NCBI GenBank assembly: GCA_963702205.1
Contig: OY969724.1
Coordinates: 2,560,001-2,624,000, forward strand
DNA length: 64,000 bases
Source of the DNA: an uncultured candidate division Zixibacteria bacterium
GTDB taxonomy: Bacteria > Zixibacteria > MSB-5A5 > GN15 > PGXB01
Reading direction: 5' to 3'
Made by a program: the position numbers and the translations under genes. Below, piece after piece: positions 30,808 through 39,944 of this stretch (the stretch's first letter is position 1; the number at the start of each line of letters is the position of its first letter). The notes beneath the pieces were generated by a model. It did not search any database. It was not told the DNA's origin and saw nothing but the letters and a program-made list of their open reading frames with translations.

Positions 30808-32949
30808 ATGCCTGAACTGAACAAAAACAAACCGAAAGACCTGTTGGGGCTGGTGGACCGCGATTTTGAGATTTCGCGCGGGACACCGCTGCCGCTGGGG
30901 GCCACCCTGAAGCGGAGGGGGATAAACTTCTCTCTGTTTTCACGGCACGCGACCAATGTCTCACTGGTGTTGTTCGTACCGGGCGACAAAGACCCGATCG
31001 CGATTTTCCCGCTCGATCCCAAATTCAACAAAACCGGTGACATCTGGCATATTTTTATTTATGGTCTCGAATCCGAAGTGGAATATTGTTTTCAGATTGA
31101 CAGAAAACCCAATGACAAACCGCACCTCCATCGGTTTGACAAATCGAAGCTTCTGATCGACCCCAACGCTCGTGCCGTCACGGGGGGAGAGAAGTGGGGA
31201 GCGGTGCCCGAGTTCCGGAGGTCGTTCATTCCCGAAAATCGTTTCAAATGGGAAGACGACCGCCAGCTCGAAATACCGCTGGCCGACAGCATAATCTACG
31301 AACTACACGTCCGGGGCTACACGAAAGATGCAACGTCCAATGTGGAACATAAAGGCACATACCTGGGTCTGATCGAAAAAATCCCATACCTGAAAGAGCT
31401 GGGTGTGACGGCGGTGGAGCTTCTGCCGATAAACGAATTTTCGGAAACCGATTCTTACCTCACCAATCCCGAAAGCGGCGAAAAACTATTGAATTTCTGG
31501 GGTTATAACCCGGTCAGTTTTATTGCCCCGAAAGCGTCATACGCCCGCAATCCGGAAGGCGGGGGACAGGTGGCGGAATTCAAGTGCATGGTCAAGGAAT
31601 TTCATAAAGCCGGGATAGAGGTTATACTCGACGTCGTTTTCAACCATACCGCCGAAGGCAATCAATATGGACCGACCATTTCTTTTAAGGGTCTGGATAA
31701 CAGCATTTATTATATCATAGATAAAAACAGCGGCGAATATCTTAATTTTACGGGATGCGGCAATACCTTGAACTGCAATCATCCCATTGTCCGCGACATG
31801 ATCCTGGCCTGCCTGCGCTACTGGGTGATCGAGATGCACGTCGATGGATTCCGCTTCGATCTGGCTTCGGTTTTGGGCCGGGGACAGGATGGTTCGGTGC
31901 TGACAAACCCGCCGCTTTTGGAACGCATTTCGGCCGATCCCATTCTTGGAAAAACCAAACTTATCGCCGAAGCGTGGGATGCCGCCGGGTTGTACCAGGT
32001 CGGCTCGTTTCCGTCGTACGGCCGCTGGGCGGAATGGAATGCCTCTTTCCGCGATGATATAAGAAGATTCGTGCGTTCGGACGCCGGGATGGTTTCCAAT
32101 CTGGCGTCGCGATTGATGGGCAGTCCCGATTTGTACATGAAAGGTGACCGCAATCTGGAGCACGGTATAAATTTTATCACCTGTCACGACGGGTTCACGC
32201 TCAAGGACCTTGTATCGTACAACGAGAAGCGCAATCTGGCCAACGGTGAAAATAACCGCGACGGAGCCAATGAAAATTCGAGCTGGAACTGCGGGTGGGA
32301 AGGTACCACGAAAATTCGTTCGATAGAATACGGGTTCGAATGCTCTTTCGAAGGTGTCGACAAACTCAGATTTCGGCAGGCCAAAAATTTCGCAGCGTTG
32401 CTGCTGCTATCCAGAGGGGTACCGATGATTCTCGCCGGTGATGAATTCGGACGCACCCAAAAAGGCAATAACAACGCCTATTGCCAGGATAATCAGATAA
32501 GCTGGCTCGACTGGAATATGGCCGGGACCGGCGGCGATCTGCTGCGGTTTTTCAAGCATTTGATCGCGTTTCGGAAACGTCACGCTTCAATTCGTGATCA
32601 TTGCGCTGAATACGACGATATCATGGTTGAATTTCCGGTCAACTGGCACGGCGTCAAGCCGCATGAGCCGGACTGGTCGGACTATTCCCGGTCGCTGGCG
32701 GTTCAAATCACCGAGCCGCTTGCAGATAATCCGAACGAACATATTGATATATACATCATCGCCAGTTCATATTGGCAGGAATTGACATTTGAGTTGCCGG
32801 ATATTTCAGGTCGGAGCTGGCACCGGATTATTGATTCTTCGGTTGAGTCGCCCGACGACATCTGCGACGGTGATCGGGGATTTACGCTCGAACAGCAGTC
32901 GGCTTATATTGTCAATCCGCGTTCAGTTGTCGTATTGATTGGTTATTGA
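30808..32949 (+). CDS. glgX: Glycogen debranching enzyme (GH13 isoamylase)
   Basis: IIYELHVRG, NFWGY, LDVVFNHTAEG, DGFRFDLAS, LIAEAWD, NFITCHDGFTL and GNNNAYCQDN motifs. Confidence 0.96.
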   Translation: MPELNKNKPKDLLGLVDRDFEISRGTPLPLGATLKRRGINFSLFSRHATNVSLVLFVPGDKDPIAIFPLDPKFNKTGDIWHIFIYGLESEVEYCFQIDRKPNDKPHLHRFDKSKLLIDPNARAVTGGEKWGAVPEFRRSFIPENRFKWEDDRQLEIPLADSIIYELHVRGYTKDATSNVEHKGTYLGLIEKIPYLKELGVTAVELLPINEFSETDSYLTNPESGEKLLNFWGYNPVSFIAPKASYARNPEGGGQVAEFKCMVKEFHKAGIEVILDVVFNHTAEGNQYGPTISFKGLDNSIYYIIDKNSGEYLNFTGCGNTLNCNHPIVRDMILACLRYWVIEMHVDGFRFDLASVLGRGQDGSVLTNPPLLERISADPILGKTKLIAEAWDAAGLYQVGSFPSYGRWAEWNASFRDDIRRFVRSDAGMVSNLASRLMGSPDLYMKGDRNLEHGINFITCHDGFTLKDLVSYNEKRNLANGENNRDGANENSSWNCGWEGTTKIRSIEYGFECSFEGVDKLRFRQAKNFAALLLLSRGVPMILAGDEFGRTQKGNNNAYCQDNQISWLDWNMAGTGGDLLRFFKHLIAFRKRHASIRDHCAEYDDIMVEFPVNWHGVKPHEPDWSDYSRSLAVQITEPLADNPNEHIDIYIIASSYWQELTFELPDISGRSWHRIIDSSVESPDDICDGDRGFTLEQQSAYIVNPRSVVVLIGY

Positions 32950-32963
32950 TAATCCCCAAAAAA

Positions 32964-33047
32964 TGCCGGAGGCCGGAATCGAACCGGCACGATGTTGCCA
33001 TCGGAGGATTTTGAGTCCTCTGCGTCTACCAATTTCACCACTCCGGC
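32964..33047 (-). tRNA. tRNA-Leu (anticodon CAA); CCA not encoded
   Basis: GCCGGAGTGGTGAAATTGGTAGACGCAGAGGACT-CAA-AATCCTC...long variable arm...GCCGGTTCGATTCCGGCCTCCGGCA. Confidence 0.97.
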
Positions 33048-33056
33048 ATGGGCATG

Positions 33057-33085
33057 AAAATAGACTTCGCTTTCGCCTTAGTCAA
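33057..33085 (-). promoter_or_regulatory. Putative sigma70 promoter of tRNA-Leu
   Basis: Minus strand TTGACT (33080-33085), 17 nt, TATTTT (33057-33062), just upstream of the tRNA. Confidence 0.6.
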
Positions 33086-33115
33086 GTGTATTCTTATCGG
33101 GGATTCGCTGCGTTC

Positions 33116-33154
33116 GAAAATATTGTTGACAATATTTTCAATAATCACAATATT
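33116..33154 (+). promoter_or_regulatory. Operator-like palindrome overlapping a TTGACA -35 box upstream of the peptide/GT9 locus
   Basis: GAAAATATTGT-tg-ACAATATTTTC is a perfect 11-bp inverted repeat (33116-33139); TTGACA at 33126-33131; a third ACAATATT at 33147-33154. Confidence 0.55.
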
Positions 33155-33189
33155 AGCGGCATACAAATCTCGAAATTCAGGGACGTGAG

Positions 33190-33366
33190 ATGAGTAAGGC
33201 AAAACCATCAAAGTCAAGACGAAAGAACAAGGATTCCACCCGTCGCGATTTTCTGAAAAAACTCGGCACGGGTGTGTTAATTACCGCGTCATATTCTTTA
33301 ATTTCTTTGACCCAATTTCATTGCAGCGACAGTCCGACCTCAACCCAGCCGGTTTATTACGGGTAA
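33190..33366 (+). CDS. 58-aa twin-arginine-leader peptide, putative RiPP or lipopeptide precursor (not in the ORF track)
   Basis: Hand translation: MSKAKPSKSRRKNKDSTRRDFLKKLGTGVLITASYSLISLTQFHCSDSPTSTQPVYYG*. Canonical Tat motif TRRDFLK, then an h-region, then Cys. Confidence 0.8.
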   Translation: MSKAKPSKSRRKNKDSTRRDFLKKLGTGVLITASYSLISLTQFHCSDSPTSTQPVYYG

Positions 33367-33393
33367 CTGCGAACCCAAGCCTGTTTTAATACC

Positions 33394-34647
33394 TTGGCCG
33401 GAAGCAAAAAGCCCCATAAAATATTGGTTCGTCTGGTCGACAACCTGGGCGATCTGTTGATTGCCATTCCCGTATTTCGAGAGCTGAAACGCAATTTCCC
33501 TAACGCCACTATAACCGCCGCCGTAAGAAAATCCCAAAGAACATTGTTGTCCGGATACGCCGATGCATTTATGCCGCCGGTAAAGAAAGAGTCTCTGTCA
33601 AGATACACGAACCGATTCGACTTTGTATTGAACGTAGCCTATAGCTTTCCGGATAATTACAAGCCCGGAAAGCTGAAAAGGGGATCTGTAAATCATATCG
33701 GAACGCCCGATTGGAGTAAAGGTCAACATGTTTATAAAAACCTCCTGGACGGACTGAAGTCCTACGGGCTTTCGGTCTCATACAACCGGCCCCGAATAGT
33801 GCTATCACCGGAAACAAAAGCCGAATCGAATCTATGGATAAAGAAAAACGGCCTTAGTACAAAAGATAGCTTTATCGTCGCCGTCAACGCCGGAAGCGGC
33901 TTTAAATATAAAAGATGGCCGCTCGACAATTTCGTACGCTTGTGCAAATGGCTGATAGCGGAATTCGATGCCAAAATCTTGGTGGTGTCACAAAACAGGC
34001 GGGACTGGGCGGCGCACAGTCTGCATGCAAGACTTCCGGTCAATCATCGCTTTTGGCTGCACGATTATGAAATCGACGTCGTGGCCGCAGTTTTGTCCCG
34101 GATCGATCTTTGCATCGGCAACGATTCAGGCATCGGCCATCTGGCATCGGTGGTTAATGCTCCTACGGTTACGATTTTCGGCCCGACGTCGGCCCGGCTG
34201 TGGCAGCCGGTCGGAAAGCAGGGGATAATCATCACAAATGCTAACGCCGGATGCCAATGCGGATATGAAAAAGCGAAAGTCTGTCGTCATAAAAGGTGCT
34301 TCAAAGAAATCTCGCCGACTAATTTCGCCGATGCTATTTTAATCTGTCTGAGTACAAAATATGACCGTACAAAAAAGGACGCCTTGAACCGAATAACGCC
34401 CGCCGAAAATATTAGACTGGAAATGTCGGGGAGAAATACGTGCATTTATAATGAAAATGTTCGTCGGCCTTTTATAGTAAAAAAAGGCAAAAAGTGCGTT
34501 CTCAAAATTATCGAAGCCGCTCGGAAGCATAATTGCCTAAGCGAGCTTTATAAGAGGTTTCCCCGCGACAAACATCTGATTGACTTCCTGCTGCTCCACA
34601 GAATTATCATTTCTGCCAGCTCGAAGAAATACAATCGCAATGTATAA
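33394..34647 (+). CDS. Glycosyltransferase family 9 (heptosyltransferase-like) with a C-terminal PqqD/RRE-like extension
   Basis: KILVRLVDNLGDLLIAIP, NAGSG...KRWP, IGNDSGIGHLA and TIFGPT motifs plus a Cys-rich C-terminal GT9 loop; ~90 extra C-terminal residues; TTG start. Confidence 0.85.
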   Translation: MAGSKKPHKILVRLVDNLGDLLIAIPVFRELKRNFPNATITAAVRKSQRTLLSGYADAFMPPVKKESLSRYTNRFDFVLNVAYSFPDNYKPGKLKRGSVNHIGTPDWSKGQHVYKNLLDGLKSYGLSVSYNRPRIVLSPETKAESNLWIKKNGLSTKDSFIVAVNAGSGFKYKRWPLDNFVRLCKWLIAEFDAKILVVSQNRRDWAAHSLHARLPVNHRFWLHDYEIDVVAAVLSRIDLCIGNDSGIGHLASVVNAPTVTIFGPTSARLWQPVGKQGIIITNANAGCQCGYEKAKVCRHKRCFKEISPTNFADAILICLSTKYDRTKKDALNRITPAENIRLEMSGRNTCIYNENVRRPFIVKKGKKCVLKIIEAARKHNCLSELYKRFPRDKHLIDFLLLHRIIISASSKKYNRNV

Positions 34648-34658
34648 AGGCCATTTCG

Positions 34659-36818
34659 TTAAAAATGCCTGACATCGGTCGAATCTTCCGAGAAGTCATA
34701 CTTGTCGGGATCGGTGCCCGGTCCTACGTACAGACCCTTTGAAGGATGCAGGGGACAGGTTTCGGTCGGGACGTCCTCGGCGCGGAAGATTTCTTTAACC
34801 ACGTCGACACACCGATCGGTTGCGAGCTTGCCCGATTCCAGACAGATATCGGCGTAGACTATCCCGTCCGGCTGTTCGAAATCCAGAACCGGCAGGCTGT
34901 CATGGGCGGCTTTCATTATTTCCACCCAGATCGGAAGGGCGTTAACCGAACCGGTTTGATTCCTGCCGATCGAGGTTTTTTCGTCGAATCCGACCCACAC
35001 CCCGGAGGTAATCTGAGGCGTGTACCCGACAAACCAGTTGTCGCAAAAATTATCCGAGGTGCCCGTCTTGCCTCCGGCCGGACGGCGAAAGCCGCGCCAG
35101 CGTGCTCCGTGACCGGTGCCGTGCGTGCCATCCATGACCGATTGCATCATCGAGACCATAATGTACGCCGTTTGGGCCGAGAGAACTTCTTCCTTCTTTA
35201 TATTGGAATCGTCTTCGAGCACGTTGCCGTAACGGTCGATAATGCGCGTGATATAGCGCGGTGGGATGCGAATCCCGCCATTGGGAAAAACGGTATAGGC
35301 AGAAACCAGATCGAGCGGTTTGACGACTTCAGTACCGATTGCAAGCGATGCTACCGGCTTTAGCGGAGTCGTGATTCCCATTTTGTGAGCGTAGAAGATA
35401 GCCTGTTCCGGCGTAATCTTCAGCAGCAACTTAATAGCAATCAGATTCCGTGACATTTCCAGACCTGTGCGCAGGGTCATCCGGCCCATGAATTCATTGT
35501 CGAAATTGTGCGGTCGCCAGTCTTTGGCACCGGGGATTTCCAGCTTAATGGAATTATCGTAAAATACGTCCGACGGATGGTAGCCGTTATCCATAGCGGC
35601 GGTATATATGAACGGCTTGAAAGCCGAGCCCGGTTGTAATAATGATTGCACGGCGCGATTGAACTTGGTTTCCGCGAAGGAGCGTCCGCCCACAAGAGAT
35701 AATATGTCGCCGTTCTTATTATCCAGGACTATGGCGGCGCCCTGGATCTGTTTGTAAACCCGCACCGAGTCGCCTCTGTCATCGACGGTGTCGGGAAGAA
35801 CGTACGTATAAGTAGGGCTGGTTTTGGGGTGAGCTCGTTCGATTCTGGCCTGCAGAGAATCCAATCTGGTTTTGACCTGATTTTCCGTAACCTGCTGCAA
35901 TCGCCAGTCGAGGGTGGTCATGACGGTCAGCCCGCCGGAATAGAGGGCCTTCTCACCGTATTTGTCGAGAATATACTGCCGGACCATTTCGGTGAAGTAG
36001 GGCGCCCGGCCCGTCTCCTGCATCGGCTCTTTCAGATCGAGCGGCAGGCTTTTAAGAGAATCGTATTCCTCTTTATTTATCTTGCCCCAGCTATAGTACG
36101 AATACAGCGAGCGGTTGCGGATTCTAACGGCAAGATCGGCGGAATCGAAAACTTTGAGCCGACTGGGTCCCTTTAAGAGAGCCACCAGCAGGGCACAATC
36201 ATTGATTGTCAGCTGATCGACTCTCTTGTCGAAATAGGCTCTCGCCGCGGCCGCGATGCCGTGCGCTCCGCGACCGAAGTAGTACTGGTTTAAGTACATC
36301 TGGAGGATTTCTTCTTTGGAATAAGTGCGTTCCAGCTTGATCGCGGTCAAAGCTTCTTTTATTTTTCGGGAAAAAGTTTTCTTCCTGTCCAGAAACAGCA
36401 TCCGGGATAGCTGCTGGGTGATGGTCGATGCACCCTGAGCGATACGGCCTTCAACCAGGTCGATGACGGCCGCCTTGGCGATTCGAACCGGGTTAATGCC
36501 CCAATGATCCCAAAACTGCTGATCTTCGACGGCCAAAAGCATATTAATCAATTGCCTGGGCATCTGGTTGTATGGGGTCAGGACGCGGTTCTCGTTAAAA
36601 TAGCTCTGCAACAGGGAACCATCGGCCGAATAAATTTTAGTCTTGAGCGATGGCTCAATATTGTGCAGTTCCTCGAATGATGGTAAATCTTCCTGATATA
36701 CCACATAGGTCCGGTATATGACGACAGTCATAAAGACTATGCCAAGTGCCGAAAGAATCAGCACGGACCGCAGGGTCCTTTTCTTTTTGTCTTTGTTTTT
36801 CTTCACCACAAAATTCAT
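34659..36818 (-). CDS. mrcA: Class A penicillin-binding protein (PBP1A family)
   Basis: AVEDQQFWDHWG, GASTITQQL, RKIKE, QPGSAFKP (SxxK), SRN and GKTGT motifs. Confidence 0.93.
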   Translation of the reverse strand: MNFVVKKNKDKKKRTLRSVLILSALGIVFMTVVIYRTYVVYQEDLPSFEELHNIEPSLKTKIYSADGSLLQSYFNENRVLTPYNQMPRQLINMLLAVEDQQFWDHWGINPVRIAKAAVIDLVEGRIAQGASTITQQLSRMLFLDRKKTFSRKIKEALTAIKLERTYSKEEILQMYLNQYYFGRGAHGIAAAARAYFDKRVDQLTINDCALLVALLKGPSRLKVFDSADLAVRIRNRSLYSYYSWGKINKEEYDSLKSLPLDLKEPMQETGRAPYFTEMVRQYILDKYGEKALYSGGLTVMTTLDWRLQQVTENQVKTRLDSLQARIERAHPKTSPTYTYVLPDTVDDRGDSVRVYKQIQGAAIVLDNKNGDILSLVGGRSFAETKFNRAVQSLLQPGSAFKPFIYTAAMDNGYHPSDVFYDNSIKLEIPGAKDWRPHNFDNEFMGRMTLRTGLEMSRNLIAIKLLLKITPEQAIFYAHKMGITTPLKPVASLAIGTEVVKPLDLVSAYTVFPNGGIRIPPRYITRIIDRYGNVLEDDSNIKKEEVLSAQTAYIMVSMMQSVMDGTHGTGHGARWRGFRRPAGGKTGTSDNFCDNWFVGYTPQITSGVWVGFDEKTSIGRNQTGSVNALPIWVEIMKAAHDSLPVLDFEQPDGIVYADICLESGKLATDRCVDVVKEIFRAEDVPTETCPLHPSKGLYVGPGTDPDKYDFSEDSTDVRHF

Positions 36819-37028
36819 AAGCCCTATTATGTCATTAATTAGCGGTTTAAGTCAACCAAAAAGACGTGCAGACAGGCATTTGATATATTATACATCGGCA
36901 GCTACCATACGGTTTAAAATATATAACTTGCCTTTTATACGCCGTTATTTTATTCTCGCTCTATAAATGTTCGAAAAAACCAAAGAGAATAAGCATTTGG
37001 CCGATAATAAATTAAAGCGAAAAGACCG

Positions 37029-38246
37029 ATGAATAAAGAATTCCAAAAACAATGGGCGGCTATATCAAGAGGTGCTGTGGAACTTCTGCCACCCGATGAA
37101 TTTAAAGATCGCCTCAAGCAATCCATCGAAAACAACAAACCCCTTAGGGTCAAACAGGGGTTTGATCCGACCGCGCCCGATATACACCTGGGCCATACCG
37201 TCGGCATCAGAAAGCTTCGTCAGTTTCAGGAGCTGGGTCATAAAATAGTCCTGATCATAGGCGACTACACCGCCATGGTGGGCGATCCCTCGGGTCGCTC
37301 GGCTACCCGGCCGCAACTGTCTTATGACCAGATCAAGGCCAATAGTGAAACATATCAAAAGCAGTTTTTCAAGATACTCGATAAAACCCGGACGGAAGTA
37401 CATTACAATGGCGAGTGGTTCGCCAGGATGGACTTCAAAAGTATATTGGAGCTGGCGTCCAAATTCACGGTGGCAAGGATTCTGGAGCGCGACGATTTCG
37501 AAAAGAGATTCAAATCCAATACCCCGATTTCTATTCATGAGTTTTTGTATCCATTGATGCAGGCCTATGATTCTGTCGCGATCAAGGCCGACGTCGAAAT
37601 CGGGGCGACCGAACAAAAATTTAACCTGTTGACCGGGAGGGAAATCCAGCAGGATTACGGAATCGAGCCGCAGGTGGTCCTCACTCTGCCGGTGCTCGTG
37701 GGTCTCGACGGGCATCAGCGCATGTCGAAGTCGATCGGCAACTATATTGGAATCGATGAGCCGCCGAATGAGATATTCGGGAAGGTTATGTCGATACCGG
37801 ACAGCCTGATTTATTCGTATTTCGAGCTGGCGACAGATGTCCCCGAGACACGGCTTGCAGAGATTAAAGCGATACTTGAAGCCGGCAGGACTAATCCTAT
37901 GGATATCAAGAAAGAACTTGGGGAAACTCTGGTTCGGGAATATTATGATGCGGGAGATGCGAAGGATGCACGAGAAGAATTCGAGCGGGTGTTTTCGCGA
38001 AAAGAGACTCCCGAGGACGTGCCGGAATTCGACGCTTCGGATTACGGAGGAAGAGTCTGGATAGTGCAGCTTCTCGAAGACGGCGGTCTGGTCAACTCGC
38101 GGGGTGAGGCTCGACGGCTAATTCGCGGCGGCGGAGTAAGTATCGACGGCGATAAAGTATCCGACGAAAACCTCGAATTCGAACTGAAAGACGGCTCGTT
38201 AATAAAAGCCGGGAAAAGACGATTTTTAAAGATCAAATTGTCATAG
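37029..38246 (+). CDS. tyrS: Tyrosine--tRNA ligase
   Basis: GFDPTAPDIHLGH, YPLMQAYD and RMSKS motifs; C-terminal S4 domain. Confidence 0.97.
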   Translation: MNKEFQKQWAAISRGAVELLPPDEFKDRLKQSIENNKPLRVKQGFDPTAPDIHLGHTVGIRKLRQFQELGHKIVLIIGDYTAMVGDPSGRSATRPQLSYDQIKANSETYQKQFFKILDKTRTEVHYNGEWFARMDFKSILELASKFTVARILERDDFEKRFKSNTPISIHEFLYPLMQAYDSVAIKADVEIGATEQKFNLLTGREIQQDYGIEPQVVLTLPVLVGLDGHQRMSKSIGNYIGIDEPPNEIFGKVMSIPDSLIYSYFELATDVPETRLAEIKAILEAGRTNPMDIKKELGETLVREYYDAGDAKDAREEFERVFSRKETPEDVPEFDASDYGGRVWIVQLLEDGGLVNSRGEARRLIRGGGVSIDGDKVSDENLEFELKDGSLIKAGKRRFLKIKLS

Positions 38247-38285
38247 CTGTCGGAACTATAACCGGTTACGGCAATTATAAACTAT

Positions 38286-39944
38286 ATGAAATTCAATTCC
38301 ATTAAATTCGTCATCGTGATTTTTGTCCTGGCCCTAACGGGGTGCGGTGGGTATAAGGCCATCAATTATTCCGGGGAGAAAAAGCCCGGTTTGATTGACA
38401 GCAGATTAAACTCGTCCGAGATGCTGCTGGCCGATAACGACGACAAAGCGGACACCCTCGATAATACGATAAATCGTTTTGCATTCAATCACTTCGCCAA
38501 CGGATCCATACTTGAAGCAATGGGCGAATATTATCTGGCCAGTCAGCAGTACCGCGAAGCTTTGAAATATATGCCGGAGTCGGCGGAAATCAGATCGAGT
38601 TATGCTCTGACACTTTTTTATTTGAGGGAATTCGACAAAGCCCTGGTCGAAGCGCAGAAGGTCAGCCCACAGGATTTGCAGACCAGGATACTTATCGCCG
38701 ATTGTTACCGTATTCTCGGTAAGGTGCCCGAGTCTCTGGCGGCTTATGAAGCGGCGGTCAAGGAAGATACTCTGAACACTCAGATATGGTATCATATCGC
38801 CCACTTTCAGGAGCAATTGCAGCATTATGACAGCGCCGCATACGCTTTTTCAAGGGTGGCCAATCTGAATCCGAGCGGCGACAATTTCCAGAAGCTCGGC
38901 AATCTTCAGATACGAGCCGGACTGATCCCGGAAGCCCTGGAGAGCTACAAACAGTCGATCTCGATGGATTCGTCGGCGGACAACGTTCGGGCGTATCTGG
39001 GCATGTCGGTTATATACGAGGAATCCGGTGCCAATGACAGCGCTCTCTATTACACCGAGCAGGCTTACGACCGTGCTCCCGACGATAACATGATCGAGAC
39101 GCGTCTGCTGGGCTTCTATGAAAAAGACGGGCAGTACGACAAGGGGATAGATATCGCCAGGGACGTCATCGACCGATCACCGTTTGATCGTTCTTTAATT
39201 CAGAGGCTCGGGGTTTTGTATTATCTTCAGGACAGCCTCAGACTGGCCGATTCGGTGTTCACTTATTTAGAGGATTCCGGGATCAATGATCTCTCTGTAC
39301 AATATTATATCGGCCGGGTGGCGTTTTTGCGGGGCGATTTGCCGCGCGCCCGGGATTATTTCAAACGCATTACTCTTGAGGCGGATACGGTCATCGACGG
39401 CTGGATAAACCTCGGTATGGTCTACTATGAAATGGATTCGGTCAAGGCCGAGATCAACGACTATGAAAAAGCCCTGACTCACCTCAGGACCCTCGATGAC
39501 TCGCTCTCGATTTCTTTTTCGCTGGGAGCCGCGCTGGAACGAGACGGGCAGTTCGATCGCGCGGTCTCGCTGTTTGAATATATCCTGAAATACCGTCCGG
39601 ACCACGCCCCGACCCTGAACTATCTCGGGTACATGCTGGCCGAAAAAGGGGAAAGACTGGACTACGCCCGAAAACTTATTGAAAAAGCACTCAAATTATC
39701 TCCTGACAACGGTGCCTACATCGACAGCTATGGATGGCTGATGTACCGTATGGGGAAATACAGTAAAGCCCTGGAACAACTGACGCTGGCCTATAAATAT
39801 ATCAATGACGACCCGGTCGTATTGCACCATCTCGGCGATATATATGAAGCCCTTGACGAACCCGATCAGGCTCGCGTATATTGGCAAAAAGCATTGGAGC
39901 TTGATCCGAATAATGAAGCGCTTAAAGAAAAGCTCGAACATTAG
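38286..39944 (+). CDS. TPR-repeat lipoprotein
   Basis: Lipobox LTGC; many TPRs; C-terminal LNYLGYMLAE...YIDSYGW...HLGDIY. Confidence 0.88.
   Translation: MKFNSIKFVIVIFVLALTGCGGYKAINYSGEKKPGLIDSRLNSSEMLLADNDDKADTLDNTINRFAFNHFANGSILEAMGEYYLASQQYREALKYMPESAEIRSSYALTLFYLREFDKALVEAQKVSPQDLQTRILIADCYRILGKVPESLAAYEAAVKEDTLNTQIWYHIAHFQEQLQHYDSAAYAFSRVANLNPSGDNFQKLGNLQIRAGLIPEALESYKQSISMDSSADNVRAYLGMSVIYEESGANDSALYYTEQAYDRAPDDNMIETRLLGFYEKDGQYDKGIDIARDVIDRSPFDRSLIQRLGVLYYLQDSLRLADSVFTYLEDSGINDLSVQYYIGRVAFLRGDLPRARDYFKRITLEADTVIDGWINLGMVYYEMDSVKAEINDYEKALTHLRTLDDSLSISFSLGAALERDGQFDRAVSLFEYILKYRPDHAPTLNYLGYMLAEKGERLDYARKLIEKALKLSPDNGAYIDSYGWLMYRMGKYSKALEQLTLAYKYINDDPVVLHHLGDIYEALDEPDQARVYWQKALELDPNNEALKEKLEH

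Noticed and set aside
32939..33217. Short ORFs overlapping tRNA-Leu and its promoter region
   Set aside because: Spurious translations of tRNA and intergenic sequence.
33195..33230. GGCAAAACC...GACGAAAG resembling a c-di-GMP-I riboswitch
   Set aside because: The required paired stems are missing, and the stretch is better explained as the Lys/Arg-rich n-region of the Tat peptide.
33364..33366. Selenocysteine or pyrrolysine readthrough joining the peptide and GT9
   Set aside because: The stop is TAA, not TGA or TAG.
32964..34647. tRNA-integrated genomic island containing the peptide/GT9 locus
   Set aside because: The locus is on the tRNA 5' side; no integrase and no duplicated tRNA 3' end were seen.
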